A stretch of DNA of 64,000 nucleotides from an uncultured Actinomycetes bacterium (GCA_964631685.1 CAZVZU010000004.1:33249-97248); one strand, 5' to 3'. Shown: positions 42,727-52,795, counted from the first letter of the stretch. Notes: generated from the letters alone by a model not told the origin. Numbers and translations are program-made.

Positions 42727-42918
42727 TTATACGGCCTTTATAACCTTGCCCGCCTTAAGGCATTTCGTACAAACCTTAATTTTCTTACCGGAACCGTTAA
42801 TAACGGCTTTAACCTCGTGTAAATTTGGATAAGACACCTTCTTAGTCTTATTGTTGGCGTGTGAAACATTATTACCGTATTGAATACCCTTACCGCATAT
42901 ACTGCAAACTCTTGACAT
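42727..42918 (-). CDS. rpmB: 50S ribosomal protein L28 (zinc-ribbon form)
   Basis: [21 protein letters not shown]...PNL...CTKCLK. Confidence 0.98.
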   Translation of the reverse strand: MSRVCSICGKGIQYGNNVSHANNKTKKVSYPNLHEVKAVINGSGKKIKVCTKCLKAGKVIKAV

Positions 42919-43004
42919 ATTGTAAACCCCTTTATATATCTGTTTCTATGGTATTTTTATTTAATTATGCACTCTTTTTTATTTTTAAAATAATCAATTC
43001 GATC

Positions 43005-43033
43005 AGTATATAGACAAATTTGCTAATTGTCAA
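43005..43033 (-). promoter_or_regulatory. Sigma70 promoter of rpmB
   Basis: TTGACA-N17-TATACT. Confidence 0.75.
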
Positions 43034-43053
43034 CTAAAAACTCTTTTTTACCC

Positions 43054-43100
43054 ATATATCAACCCCTCAATTCATATAACAAATTAAGGGGTTGATATAT
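43054..43100 (-). terminator. Long hairpin downstream of pstS
   Basis: ATATATCAACCCCT...AGGGGTTGATATAT, 14-bp perfect outer stem. Confidence 0.65.
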
Positions 43101-43127
43101 TACATCAATAGGTATTAATGGTAATGC

Positions 43128-44228
43128 TTATTTTACTTGAGCCAAAAGCCTTCTAACATTTCCTATAACTGATTTTGGAAGAGGAGCAAAGCCCGTTGAC
43201 GAGGTGTATTTATGTGCCTGACCCGGGCCAAGCACCCAGTTTGTCAAATTCTTGATTATTTTCTTCGTGGCGGTATTAGGTTGCTTCCTTCTTACCATCC
43301 AGAATTCAAAATTAGAGATTGGATAAGCATCCTTTCCCGGAATGTTCCATACAATGGATTTAGCAAAATCCGCTGGAAAGTCGCCTTTTTTAAGGGCTGA
43401 ATGGGCGGCTGCAGCAATAGTTTTAACGGAACCAACGACATAGTAACCAGCCTTATTTAGCAGTGCGGCATTTGAAACATGATATTCCAATACCCATCCG
43501 AAACCGGCATAACCGATTGCTCCCGGAGTTTTTTTAACGGCAGAAACAACAGCATCGTTTCCTAAGTATCCGCTTCCAACCGGCCACGCGGGAGACAAGC
43601 TTGTTCCTATTTTATTCGCCCATGTTTTTGACGTATCAGTTAAGAAACTCGTAAAACCAAAGGTTGTTCCGCTTGCGTCGGCCCTGTGAATTACAAATAT
43701 ATGCATATCAGGAAATTTGTATTGCGGGTTTAATTTTTTAAATATTGGATTATTCCAGTTTTTTACCTTCCCCAGATAAATATTGGCGACCAATTGCGGC
43801 GTCATCTTTAAATTAACATTATTTGGTATCCCCGGAATATTATAAATAACCTCAGCATCATCAAGGGCTACCGGAATGTTTATTAAATTAGGATACCTTT
43901 TCTTAAATGCCGTTGTAAGATAAGCATCTGAAGCACCTATGGTAACGTTACCTGCGGCAGCATTGGTGATACCGAAACCAGAACCCGTACTCGCAACGGA
44001 GACGGTGATATGTGGATGAATTTTTTGGTATGCAACAGCCCAAACGCTGTTTAACGGATAAAGCATACTAGAACCGGAAACCGTAACCGTTCCAGCGGGA
44101 AGCGCAGATTGCGAACCGACAGTGGGAGTCTTCGACTTTGCGCAGCCGGCAACAAAAACGGATACGATAAAGACAGACCCGATTACCGCCAAGCTTCCCA
44201 TAATTTTTTTAAAAATACTTCGTTTCAT
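43128..44228 (-). CDS. pstS: Phosphate ABC transporter substrate-binding lipoprotein
   Basis: Lipobox VAGC; GSS, STGSGFGI, GASDA, HRADASGTT and AYPI motifs. Confidence 0.95.
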   Translation of the reverse strand: MKRSIFKKIMGSLAVIGSVFIVSVFVAGCAKSKTPTVGSQSALPAGTVTVSGSSMLYPLNSVWAVAYQKIHPHITVSVASTGSGFGITNAAAGNVTIGASDAYLTTAFKKRYPNLINIPVALDDAEVIYNIPGIPNNVNLKMTPQLVANIYLGKVKNWNNPIFKKLNPQYKFPDMHIFVIHRADASGTTFGFTSFLTDTSKTWANKIGTSLSPAWPVGSGYLGNDAVVSAVKKTPGAIGYAGFGWVLEYHVSNAALLNKAGYYVVGSVKTIAAAAHSALKKGDFPADFAKSIVWNIPGKDAYPISNFEFWMVRRKQPNTATKKIIKNLTNWVLGPGQAHKYTSSTGFAPLPKSVIGNVRRLLAQVK

Positions 44229-44328
44229 AAATTCCCTCCATAAATAGGTTTTTAACCAGTTAAATTTACTTTTTTGCTAATTATGCTGCTTTTATTAAAT
44301 CGTCTTGTTATGTGTAGATAATAACAGA

Positions 44329-44372
44329 TTAATGTTACGACTTTATTACAATTTTGTTAAATTTTTATTACA
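44329..44372 (-). promoter_or_regulatory. Pho-box-like 11-bp periodic direct repeats upstream of pstS
   Basis: Minus strand TGTAATAAAAA TTTAACAAAAT TGTAATAAAGT CGTAACATTAA. Confidence 0.7.
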
Positions 44373-44523
44373 TTACATACTACTCCTATGTTTCTATTTA
44401 ATGTAATATATACTTGATATTATTCATACCTTGCTATATACTTCTTGATATAAGTACGGTTTTACACCTGCCATAATTTAATAAATATAAACAATATAAA
44501 TTAAAATAACGAGGGGGTACATT

Positions 44524-45693
44524 ATGGAGTCTATGAATATTAATGTTTTTAATCCGACAAAAATACACTTTGGGAACGGATGCATAAACGATGCCGGAAA
44601 AATAGCTATAAAATACTCGGATAACGCTTTGATTATAACAGGCAAGTCCTCTATGCGAAAGTCCGGGACGTTAGATAGGTTAGTAAAAATTATGAGAAAT
44701 GCGGGGGTTAATCCTATTATATTCGATAAAATCACGCCAAATCCCACGATTGATGAGATAGACAATGCCGCCGATATCGCAAAAGAAAAAGCAGTCGGCT
44801 TAATAATCGGATTAGGAGGAGGCAGTTCGCTAGATTCCGCTAAAGCCGTTGCCGTTGCCGCAAAAGGAAATATCCCCGTTTGGGAATACCTTAATGTGCA
44901 CACTTCGGATGCCCTACCGGTGATAACTATTGTTTCTACATCCGGTACGGGTAGCGAGGTAAACAGATACGCCGTTATGACGAATCCTAGAACCGAAGAA
45001 AAACCCGGATTTGGCTATGAATGCATGTATCCTAAGGAAGCAATCATAGATCCTGAAATCATGACGTCAATGCCCGCCTATGTCACAGCTACCACCGGCT
45101 TTGATGTATTTATTCATATACTGGAAGCGTTCACTGGCAAGACAAGAAATGCTTTTTCTTCCGCCTATTGCATGCAAGCATTTTATCTGTTAAGGGACAA
45201 TATTATTAAGGCTTATAATGAACCCCATAATTTAGACGCACGGGGCAATATGGCATTAGCCTCCGCTCTTGCCGGACTTGCCATAGACCTGTCGGGGGTT
45301 GGTATTATGCATGCCCTTGAGCATCCCTTATCCGGCCATTACACGAATATAGCCCATGGTGCCGGACTTGCCGCTTTAACGGTAGAGTCTATGAAATTTA
45401 ATCTTGAAGCATGTAAAAGAGATTTTATGCTTATAGCTCATCATTTTGGCATAAAAAGAGCCGGAAGAAATGATGATGAATACGCCTATTCCTTGATTGA
45501 AAAAACACGGGAACTACTAACATCCCTCAATCTAAATATCAGCCTAAAGGATTTAGGCGTGGAAAAAAGCGCGCTACCGAAGGTTGCCGAAGGGGCATTT
45601 ACAACAATGGGTTTTGCCGTCCAGAACAATCCCGCGCCCGCCAGCGAACAAACAGCACTCATGCTACTTGAGAAAAGCTATCAAACGCAATAA
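44524..45693 (+). CDS. Iron-containing alcohol dehydrogenase
   Basis: PNP, GLGGGSSLDSAK, TSGTGSEV, DVFIHILEA, HALEHPLSG and HGAG motifs. Confidence 0.94.
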   Translation: MESMNINVFNPTKIHFGNGCINDAGKIAIKYSDNALIITGKSSMRKSGTLDRLVKIMRNAGVNPIIFDKITPNPTIDEIDNAADIAKEKAVGLIIGLGGGSSLDSAKAVAVAAKGNIPVWEYLNVHTSDALPVITIVSTSGTGSEVNRYAVMTNPRTEEKPGFGYECMYPKEAIIDPEIMTSMPAYVTATTGFDVFIHILEAFTGKTRNAFSSAYCMQAFYLLRDNIIKAYNEPHNLDARGNMALASALAGLAIDLSGVGIMHALEHPLSGHYTNIAHGAGLAALTVESMKFNLEACKRDFMLIAHHFGIKRAGRNDDEYAYSLIEKTRELLTSLNLNISLKDLGVEKSALPKVAEGAFTTMGFAVQNNPAPASEQTALMLLEKSYQTQ

Positions 45694-45708
45694 GTAAAAA
45701 CTAAAAAA

Positions 45709-45741
45709 CCTCAATCACCGTTGAATTTACGGTGATTGAGG
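45709..45741. terminator. Terminator hairpin between convergent Fe-ADH and OMP genes
   Basis: CCTCAATCACCGT-tgaattt-ACGGTGATTGAGG, 13-bp stem with a T6 tract on the minus strand. Confidence 0.85.
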
Positions 45742-45773
45742 AAATAAATAAACCAACTAAGATACCTATTGTC

Positions 45774-47519
45774 TTAGAAATTCCAAACAATAGCTGAGCC
45801 TAGTGCTATTATATCTTTATGCGTAGCCTTTGCAAACGACCTAGGTGTCGGAGAATAGTACCCTGCCGCATAAGTTCCTTTAGGTGATGTTATATCAATA
45901 ATACATGATGGGCCTGTGGGCGCAGTGCCGCAATATGTAGGAGCAGGTGTAGATGCTGATTCTACGCCTCTTCCTGTCCATACATAACCACCCCATGCCT
46001 GAAACATTAAGGTTTTAGTAAAATGATGCGTAAAGTTAAGGTCAAATTCGGTTCCTATATTTGAACCACCGAACATCGGCGACCCGTTTATGCTATCCTT
46101 TAACCATGCCGCATGAACAAATGACTCCTGAAGGGTGTTGCCGGAAGCAAGAAATTCCTTCGCATACACCATAACCCCGTATTTATTTGCCAAGTTTGTA
46201 CCAAGCGGAGGACCATATATGAAAGCATTACCTGGAGCATTCATTTGAATCGCCTGCCAGTTAGAATCTATTACGTTACCGAACAGAGTTCTGGTGCTTT
46301 GTACCTGCGAATAATAAGTAAAATTATAGTGACCCGCAGATATAGGCGCACCTGCGCCGAACTTTAATCCCACAGACACGGGAGTAGATGTTGGTAACAT
46401 TGTAGAACCGGTCAAATACAGATCATAGGAACTGATGTCATTGTACGTATTGGTTCCAGTCGGCTGAACCGGCACATAATAACCTGCGTTTATGGTTCCT
46501 GATCCTATAGGATTGGAATACGGTACGAGATTACTAGGATAGTTATTAATTGCAGTACTGGACGCGATAATTCTGCCCCTGAAGTAATCGAATTCACCCG
46601 CTAACTTCGTTCCTGCCTTAGAATACTTTACGGATAAACCGCCAAATGTAATATTTGCGGTTGGTTCCAATGATGTTACAGTAGTTGCAGGGCTGTAAGC
46701 GGTACCACCTCCAGCTAATGTTACTACCTCGTGAAGAGAAGTACCAAACTGATTTAGATGCGCCTCGGTCAGCCATGCGCTGTAACTAATATCATTAATA
46801 GGTCTCAATGTCATGACCTCGATGGTCGGTATCGTACCTACTTGCATATGGGTATACCCAATGCCGGTAGGAGGATGTATGCCTGCGTTATAAACGTTAT
46901 TACCATTGTTATAAGCACTAACCTCTGAACCGAACAATGTTCCTGCGAATACGCCGATATTACCTAACGGAAGAAAATCTCCCAGTCCGTCGGCATTTGT
47001 GTTAACGGCAATACCAAGACCAAATTTAACGGGCATACGACCAACCATAATGGCACCTATAGGCGTTATAACCCTAAGGTACGCTTGTCTTAGGCCAAAT
47101 GTGTTAAAATCGTGGTTAAATCCGATAGGTGCCGGGGTTCCGCCTAGTGCGGTCCAACCGTTAGTTCCATAACCGTTCGTAACACCGTTGTAAGAATTTG
47201 TCAAATCCAATTGAACAAAAAGCTCGGCAAGCGGCATGCCGTGAGCAAGTTCATCATAGCTTATTGTAGAATTTAATCTTACCCTCTGAAGAAATGTCTG
47301 AAAGGTATTCCTGCTTGCATATTGCGAACTAGTAGAAAATACCTGCGCCTGGTTCTGTGCCCAAAGTGCCTTTACGGCATATTGTCCGCTCAAACTAAAC
47401 GAAACGCCCTTTTTTGCCGATTGCGAAGCGGCAAATGATGGCACAGCCATCATTAATGTTAAAAAACCGACAATTGCAACCGCAGCAAGCAACGCCGGTA
47501 ATGAAATTTTCTTCTTCAT
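45774..47519 (-). CDS. Putative outer-membrane beta-barrel protein (porin-like)
   Basis: Signal peptide ending PSFA, amphipathic strands, GTEFDLNFTHHF and C-terminal SAIVWNF; SD GGAGG. Confidence 0.8.
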   Translation of the reverse strand: MKKKISLPALLAAVAIVGFLTLMMAVPSFAASQSAKKGVSFSLSGQYAVKALWAQNQAQVFSTSSQYASRNTFQTFLQRVRLNSTISYDELAHGMPLAELFVQLDLTNSYNGVTNGYGTNGWTALGGTPAPIGFNHDFNTFGLRQAYLRVITPIGAIMVGRMPVKFGLGIAVNTNADGLGDFLPLGNIGVFAGTLFGSEVSAYNNGNNVYNAGIHPPTGIGYTHMQVGTIPTIEVMTLRPINDISYSAWLTEAHLNQFGTSLHEVVTLAGGGTAYSPATTVTSLEPTANITFGGLSVKYSKAGTKLAGEFDYFRGRIIASSTAINNYPSNLVPYSNPIGSGTINAGYYVPVQPTGTNTYNDISSYDLYLTGSTMLPTSTPVSVGLKFGAGAPISAGHYNFTYYSQVQSTRTLFGNVIDSNWQAIQMNAPGNAFIYGPPLGTNLANKYGVMVYAKEFLASGNTLQESFVHAAWLKDSINGSPMFGGSNIGTEFDLNFTHHFTKTLMFQAWGGYVWTGRGVESASTPAPTYCGTAPTGPSCIIDITSPKGTYAAGYYSPTPRSFAKATHKDIIALGSAIVWNF

Positions 47520-47763
47520 CTTTACCTCCATTATTTAATTATTTAACCATATAGCATGCAACAAGATAATCGTATTTTTAAAATCTAAATCCACACGGGC
47601 ACGCTACCCTTTCCCGTAGCATTATTAATTAACATATGTCACAAAGCATTGTCAAGAAAAAAATAAACATTTATTTAAATTATTAACTTACGATAAACCA
47701 TTCATTTATTATAATATACTAATATTCTTATATATATTTCTATCTATACATTAATTATACAAA

Positions 47764-48819
47764 TTAAGTGGTCTTTGCATTAACGACGGCTACCAATCTC
47801 GCATTTTCTTTATGGGATAGTGAGGAGTGAAGGGCGCTTTGCCTAATTGACATTTCATCTTTCCTGATGTCTGCCACCAAGTGTTCCCCTATCTTCATTA
47901 CTAATTTTGAATTCATCTCGTGTCCTGTTCTTTTTGCCAACACCCTACCCTTAATTCTATAACCAGACAAGTAAATATCGCCTATTAAGTCTAATACTTT
48001 ATGCCTAATAAACTCGTCTTTATATCTAAGCCCGCCTTTATTAAGAACAGATGTTTCGTCCAATACTAGGGCATTATCTAAGCTGCCTCCGAGTGCAAGC
48101 CCGCTCTTTTTCATATATTCAACATCTTTTAAAAAACCGAATGTCCTAGCCTTAGAAATCTCCTTATGAAAATTGCAGGCATCAATTTTCATATCAAAAG
48201 AATCTGAATGCACTAAGGGATGATCAAAATCCATACTATAGGATATCTCGAAATCGTTAGACGGATATACGGCAATGCTCATTTCTTCAACCATATTGCT
48301 TTTATTAGTAATAGGTCTACCCGCATCCGATACAACGCTATCGTTACTTACGACTATCGGTTTAAGTATCTCTATATATTTCCTACGTTCACCTAATTTT
48401 TTGATTCCACTTTCGTAAAAAGCATCGTAAAAACACCCTGCGCTTCCGTCCATAGCCGGGATCTCGCCACCATAAACCTCAATCAGGACATTGTCAATAC
48501 CTGCGCCCCATAGTGCCGACATTAAGTGCTCAACTGTGGATATGCACCTTCCGGGCAAAATGCCGCCGTTGACCTTTTTTACGCTCCCTATGCTGGTTCT
48601 TAGTGTCGTAGAGCAAATATTACTGACATCGGCTCTAATTACGGCATTCGGCTTTACATCCTTCCTTATAAACAGAATGCCGGAATTGGCTTTTGCCGGT
48701 TTTATCGTAATAGATGTTTCTTTCCCTGTATGCAACCCAATTCCCTTAAAAAAGAGTACATCTGACACGGTACATTGACGTTCATCCTTGTCTTCCTTTA
48801 ATATCGCATAGCTTCCCAT
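47764..48819 (-). CDS. lpxC: UDP-3-O-acyl-N-acetylglucosamine deacetylase
   Basis: GIGLHTG, TVEHLMSAL, PAMDGSA, ARTFGF, RHKVLDLIGD and GH motifs. Confidence 0.96.
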   Translation of the reverse strand: MGSYAILKEDKDERQCTVSDVLFFKGIGLHTGKETSITIKPAKANSGILFIRKDVKPNAVIRADVSNICSTTLRTSIGSVKKVNGGILPGRCISTVEHLMSALWGAGIDNVLIEVYGGEIPAMDGSAGCFYDAFYESGIKKLGERRKYIEILKPIVVSNDSVVSDAGRPITNKSNMVEEMSIAVYPSNDFEISYSMDFDHPLVHSDSFDMKIDACNFHKEISKARTFGFLKDVEYMKKSGLALGGSLDNALVLDETSVLNKGGLRYKDEFIRHKVLDLIGDIYLSGYRIKGRVLAKRTGHEMNSKLVMKIGEHLVADIRKDEMSIRQSALHSSLSHKENARLVAVVNAKTT

Positions 48820-48907
48820 AATAATTCGACCCCTCTTAGTAACTTCCATAGAATTAAATATCAACGATCAAGCAAGAACCCCATAAGACAAAGCTATATT
48901 ATGTTTA

Positions 48908-48923
48908 TGCAAAAAACATGCCA
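48908..48923 (-). promoter_or_regulatory. Sigma54 (-24/-12) promoter upstream of lpxC
   Basis: Minus strand TGGCATGTTTTTTGCA: GG-N10-GC with near-consensus flanks. Confidence 0.8.
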
Positions 48924-49030
48924 TTTTTTGCATAAAATACATAATAAATAAAGTTAACAAAATTAGTAAGTTATATGAAAAATAGATACAACAATGCAAT
49001 TCGCTTATTCAACATGAATTTTTTTTCATA

Positions 49031-49064
49031 TGTCTTAATGCGAACTAAAATTCGCATTAAGACA
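49031..49064. promoter_or_regulatory. Perfect inverted repeat; candidate enhancer-binding-protein site (or queH terminator)
   Basis: TGTCTTAATGCGAA-ctaaaa-TTCGCATTAAGACA; no U-tract on either side. Confidence 0.5.
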
Positions 49065-49099
49065 ACCGTGCAGTGTGCAATAAAGCAGATTTATTTATT

Positions 49100-49645
49100 T
49101 TAAATTTTTTTATAAAATCTCTCTTTTTCACTATAAATACAGCCGCAATAGTTTTGCCTGTAAAGGTTGTAGTCATGAGATAATTTTATACCTTCCTTAT
49201 AGCCTAATCGAAAATCCTCATAGTAAAATTTAACTCCATATTTTGTTTCCAGATTAAAACCTACATCCTTGATATAATCATGTTTTTGATGTTTGCTATA
49301 TAAAAGCGTTGTTGAAAAATGACTAAATTTTGAGGATAAAGCAAGCTTCACTGTTTTTTCAAGCCGGCTGCCAATACAGTAATAACAACGGTTTTCTTCT
49401 CTGAATACAACATTCCTGAGGAATTCCTCCATATCGTAGTTCTTTTCATATATAACCTTGAAATTGACCGATTTACTAAATTTTTCAAGTGATTCCTTCC
49501 TTTTTAGGTACTCGCTGTAAGGATGAATATTGGGGTTATAAAAATACCCGATAACAATGTCAAACTTTTTAGTTACAACGGTGTAAGGATACATTAAGCA
49601 GGGGGAACAGCAGGTATGTAATAAAAGTTTATTTCCGTCTTTCAT
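49100..49645 (-). CDS. queH: Epoxyqueuosine reductase QueH (DUF208)
   Basis: LLHTCCSPC, FYNPNIHP, RCYYC, FSTTL and YRQNYCGCIYS motifs. Confidence 0.95.
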   Translation of the reverse strand: MKDGNKLLLHTCCSPCLMYPYTVVTKKFDIVIGYFYNPNIHPYSEYLKRKESLEKFSKSVNFKVIYEKNYDMEEFLRNVVFREENRCYYCIGSRLEKTVKLALSSKFSHFSTTLLYSKHQKHDYIKDVGFNLETKYGVKFYYEDFRLGYKEGIKLSHDYNLYRQNYCGCIYSEKERFYKKI

Positions 49646-49663
49646 AATTGAGTATATATAATA

Positions 49664-50776
49664 CTAATTGCCAACTTCTTTTTCTTTAATAAGTCCAAAG
49701 TGACTATAAGCCGATTCAGTGGCAATCCTGCCTTTTTTGGTTCTCAGTATGAAACCGCAGGAAACTAAATATGGCTCGACAACGTCTTCAAGGGTACCCT
49801 TTTCATCGTTCATTGCTTGCGCAACCGTCTCTATTCCTACGGGCCCACCTCCGAATTTATCTATTATCGTTCTTAAAAAAAACTTATCGTTATCGTCAAG
49901 GCCAAGCTCGTCAATACCGAGACTTTCAATGCCAAACCTAGCAACATCTGCGTCAACTGTATCTTTTTTTAAATAAAACATATAATCTCTTAATCGTCTT
50001 AATAATCTATTTGCAATCCTTGGAGTGCCCCTTGAACGACGCGCAATTTCAAAAGCAGCATTATTCTCTATCTTGATACCGTAAAGAAATGCACTTCTCG
50101 TAATAATTACCGCAAGTTCATCAGGCTCATAATACTCAAGCCTAGAAGAAAAACCGAATCTGTCGCGAAGTGGGGATGGGATAAGCCCTGCCCTTGTGGT
50201 TGCACCTATGAGAGTAAATCGCGGCAGACTGATACGTATAGACTTAGCAGTCGCACCCTCGCCTATTATTATATCAAGCTTAAAATCCTCCATTGCAGGA
50301 TACAACATTTCAGCAGCCGGCTTAGGAAGTCTATGTATCTCGTCTATGAATATGATATCCCCGTTAGAAACTGAGGATAAAAGCGCCGCAATATCTCCCG
50401 CTTTCTCAATAGATGGCCCTGATGTTATTTTTATGTTAACTCCGAGTTCGTGAGATATAATATTTGCAAGCGTTGTCTTGCCAAGTCCGGGTGGTCCGAA
50501 AAACAAAAGGTGATCTAAGTCGTGATGACCAAGTGTTATGCTCCTTTTCTTGGATGCATTTATGAATATTAAAAGATTTTTTTTAAGCTTTGTCTGCCCG
50601 ATATATTCATCAAAACAGGTAGGCCTTACCGGATTATCGAAGTCGTTGCCCCCAGGGTTATTAATCTCTTCACTATCCTTATTGACACCGGCAACGCGGG
50701 AAGATGAGGAAGATTTCTTGTCACCTTTAATATTGTTACCGCCTTCTGTAGTAAAATCTTTTTTAAAAGAACTCAT
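49664..50776 (-). CDS. ruvB: Holliday junction branch migration helicase
   Basis: GPPGLGKTT, FIDEIHR, GATTRAG, PLRDRFG and SRGTPRIANRLLRR motifs. Confidence 0.98.
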   Translation of the reverse strand: MSSFKKDFTTEGGNNIKGDKKSSSSSRVAGVNKDSEEINNPGGNDFDNPVRPTCFDEYIGQTKLKKNLLIFINASKKRSITLGHHDLDHLLFFGPPGLGKTTLANIISHELGVNIKITSGPSIEKAGDIAALLSSVSNGDIIFIDEIHRLPKPAAEMLYPAMEDFKLDIIIGEGATAKSIRISLPRFTLIGATTRAGLIPSPLRDRFGFSSRLEYYEPDELAVIITRSAFLYGIKIENNAAFEIARRSRGTPRIANRLLRRLRDYMFYLKKDTVDADVARFGIESLGIDELGLDDNDKFFLRTIIDKFGGGPVGIETVAQAMNDEKGTLEDVVEPYLVSCGFILRTKKGRIATESAYSHFGLIKEKEVGN

Positions 50777-50797
50777 ATATGCTATTTTTTCATTTTA

Positions 50798-51520
50798 TTA
50801 ATTCTTTAATGAGTATATATACCTTAAACACTCTTTGGTCAAATCTTCGACGGTGATACTTGGCACCCCGCCATCTATCACATTTTTATAAACCTTACTT
50901 GCAAGATTAAACGATTCTAATCTTGAATATCCCAACGCCTCTAATGCGCCGGATGAGTCAAAAATAACTGAGGCCGATTGATTATGATCATCATCAGATC
51001 CGTCAATCGGCCTTACGTCAACGCATCCCTGCAACGTAAGTGACGTTTTGTTTTCACTGATGTCATCGCAATGATTATTACAAAGATCTTCTGCCTTTAT
51101 ATCGTTAATTAAAGCAGGTTTCTTGAAAATTTTATTTTTAAGTTCCATAATTATGCGCTCAGCCTTAGTTCTCCCTATGCCCTTAATTTGAGATAGGGCA
51201 GACACGTCTTGCATGGTCAATATATTTAAAAAATTATTGGCATCTATGCTTGAAATAACCGTTAAAGCGAGCTTAGGTCCGACATTTTTGACCTCCAGAA
51301 GGAGATTAAAAACTTCCCTCTGAATAGATGTATAGAAGCCGTAAAGGGTGATTTTATCTTCTCTGACGTGGGTATAAATAAAAAGGCTAAGAACGTCTAA
51401 GATTTTCAACTGCTCCGATGCAGGAAGAAAAACCTCGTATCCGACCCCATTTGTTTCCAGTATTATAGAGAATTTTTCATTATCTCTATAAATTACCCTT
51501 CCCTTTAAATAGGCAATCAT
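50798..51520 (-). CDS. ruvA: Holliday junction DNA-binding subunit
   Basis: NGVGYEV, HVRED, LYGF, VGPKLAL, GIGRTKAERI and ALEALGY motifs. Confidence 0.96.
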   Translation of the reverse strand: MIAYLKGRVIYRDNEKFSIILETNGVGYEVFLPASEQLKILDVLSLFIYTHVREDKITLYGFYTSIQREVFNLLLEVKNVGPKLALTVISSIDANNFLNILTMQDVSALSQIKGIGRTKAERIIMELKNKIFKKPALINDIKAEDLCNNHCDDISENKTSLTLQGCVDVRPIDGSDDDHNQSASVIFDSSGALEALGYSRLESFNLASKVYKNVIDGGVPSITVEDLTKECLRYIYSLKN

Positions 51521-51524
51521 ATGG

Positions 51525-52049
51525 TTATTTTAATGAGTAGATAAAGTTTGACATATCAGTAGCGCAACAAACTGCAATTGCAACCGCATCCGATATGTTG
51601 TCATCCATATTATCACTTAAAAAGGCTCTAATGCCAGAGCTCTTAGGAGCATATATCATGTTTAAAGCCTCTTTCATTTGCTGCTTATTCGCATTACCGT
51701 AACCTGCAATACTCTTTTTTACAAACCTAGGCGAATATTCCCTTAATTTTATATTGAAAACCGATGATAAGAGGCATATGACCCCCCTTGCCTGCGACAA
51801 TTTAATCAAGGATGCTGGATTTACCCCTGAAAACACAGATTCCAGAGACATCATGGTCGGCAAATACTCGTCTATAATCTCTTTTAGCTCTTCGTAAATT
51901 TTATTTAAATTATTGGGAAATTTAATATTTCTCGAATCAATTGACCCGCATGATATAAGATCAAAAACCCCTCCGAAGAATGGTAAATCCAAAACCGCCC
52001 AGCCAGTCAATCTTGAACCGGGATCAACCCCTATTATTCTGTAACTCAT
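51525..52049 (-). CDS. ruvC: Crossover junction endodeoxyribonuclease
   Basis: IGVDPG, ESVF, QARGV, GYGNANK and SDAVAIA motifs. Confidence 0.96.
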   Translation of the reverse strand: MSYRIIGVDPGSRLTGWAVLDLPFFGGVFDLISCGSIDSRNIKFPNNLNKIYEELKEIIDEYLPTMMSLESVFSGVNPASLIKLSQARGVICLLSSVFNIKLREYSPRFVKKSIAGYGNANKQQMKEALNMIYAPKSSGIRAFLSDNMDDNISDAVAIAVCCATDMSNFIYSLK

Positions 52050-52060
52050 GAGGAAATATC

Positions 52061-52795
52061 TTAATCCTCCGCATCCGGCATATCAAAATTTGCATAAATG
52101 TTTTGAATACCGTCTATCTCTTCTAACGCATCCATTAGCTTAATCATTTGCTCTGCTTCTTTTCCTTTAACTTCTATATTTGTCTGGGGCAAATAGGAAA
52201 GCTCGTAAAACTTTTCCTTTAAGCCGTTAGATTCAAATGCAGATTTTACACTCTCTAAATCTTTTACATCGGTATAAACAAGAACCTCGTCTTCTTCGGT
52301 TTTTATATCTTCCGCTCCGGCATCGAGTGCAATCTCCATAACCTTATCTTCAGAGTGTATATTCGCATCGAATCCAATCACGCCTTTCTTGTTAAACATC
52401 CACAGAACACATCCGGGCTCTCCAAGACTACCCCCATGGCGGGACAATGCGTGCCTAACCTCTGAAACAGTCCTGTTTTTATTATCTGTTAGCGTATCTA
52501 TAAGCAATGCTACACCGGCGGGACCATATCCTTCGTATATTATTTCCTCGTAAGTTTCCCCTTCAAGCTCTCCCGCCCCTTTTTTGATGGCTCGCTCGAT
52601 GTTATCCTTGGGCATATTTGCAGCCTTAGCTTCATCAACAGCAAGTCTTAATCTTGGATTTGACGATATATCTTTACCGCCTATTTTTGTGCTTGTAATG
52701 ATCTCATGAATAATGTTGGTAAATATTTTACCCTTCTTTATATCTAATGCTCCTTTTTTTCTTTTGATCGTACTCCACTTACTGTGACCCGACAT
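52061..52795 (-). CDS. yebC: YebC/PmpR family protein
   Basis: MSGHSKWSTIKRKK, YEGYGPAG and TDNKNRT motifs. Confidence 0.97.
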   Translation of the reverse strand: MSGHSKWSTIKRKKGALDIKKGKIFTNIIHEIITSTKIGGKDISSNPRLRLAVDEAKAANMPKDNIERAIKKGAGELEGETYEEIIYEGYGPAGVALLIDTLTDNKNRTVSEVRHALSRHGGSLGEPGCVLWMFNKKGVIGFDANIHSEDKVMEIALDAGAEDIKTEEDEVLVYTDVKDLESVKSAFESNGLKEKFYELSYLPQTNIEVKGKEAEQMIKLMDALEEIDGIQNIYANFDMPDAED

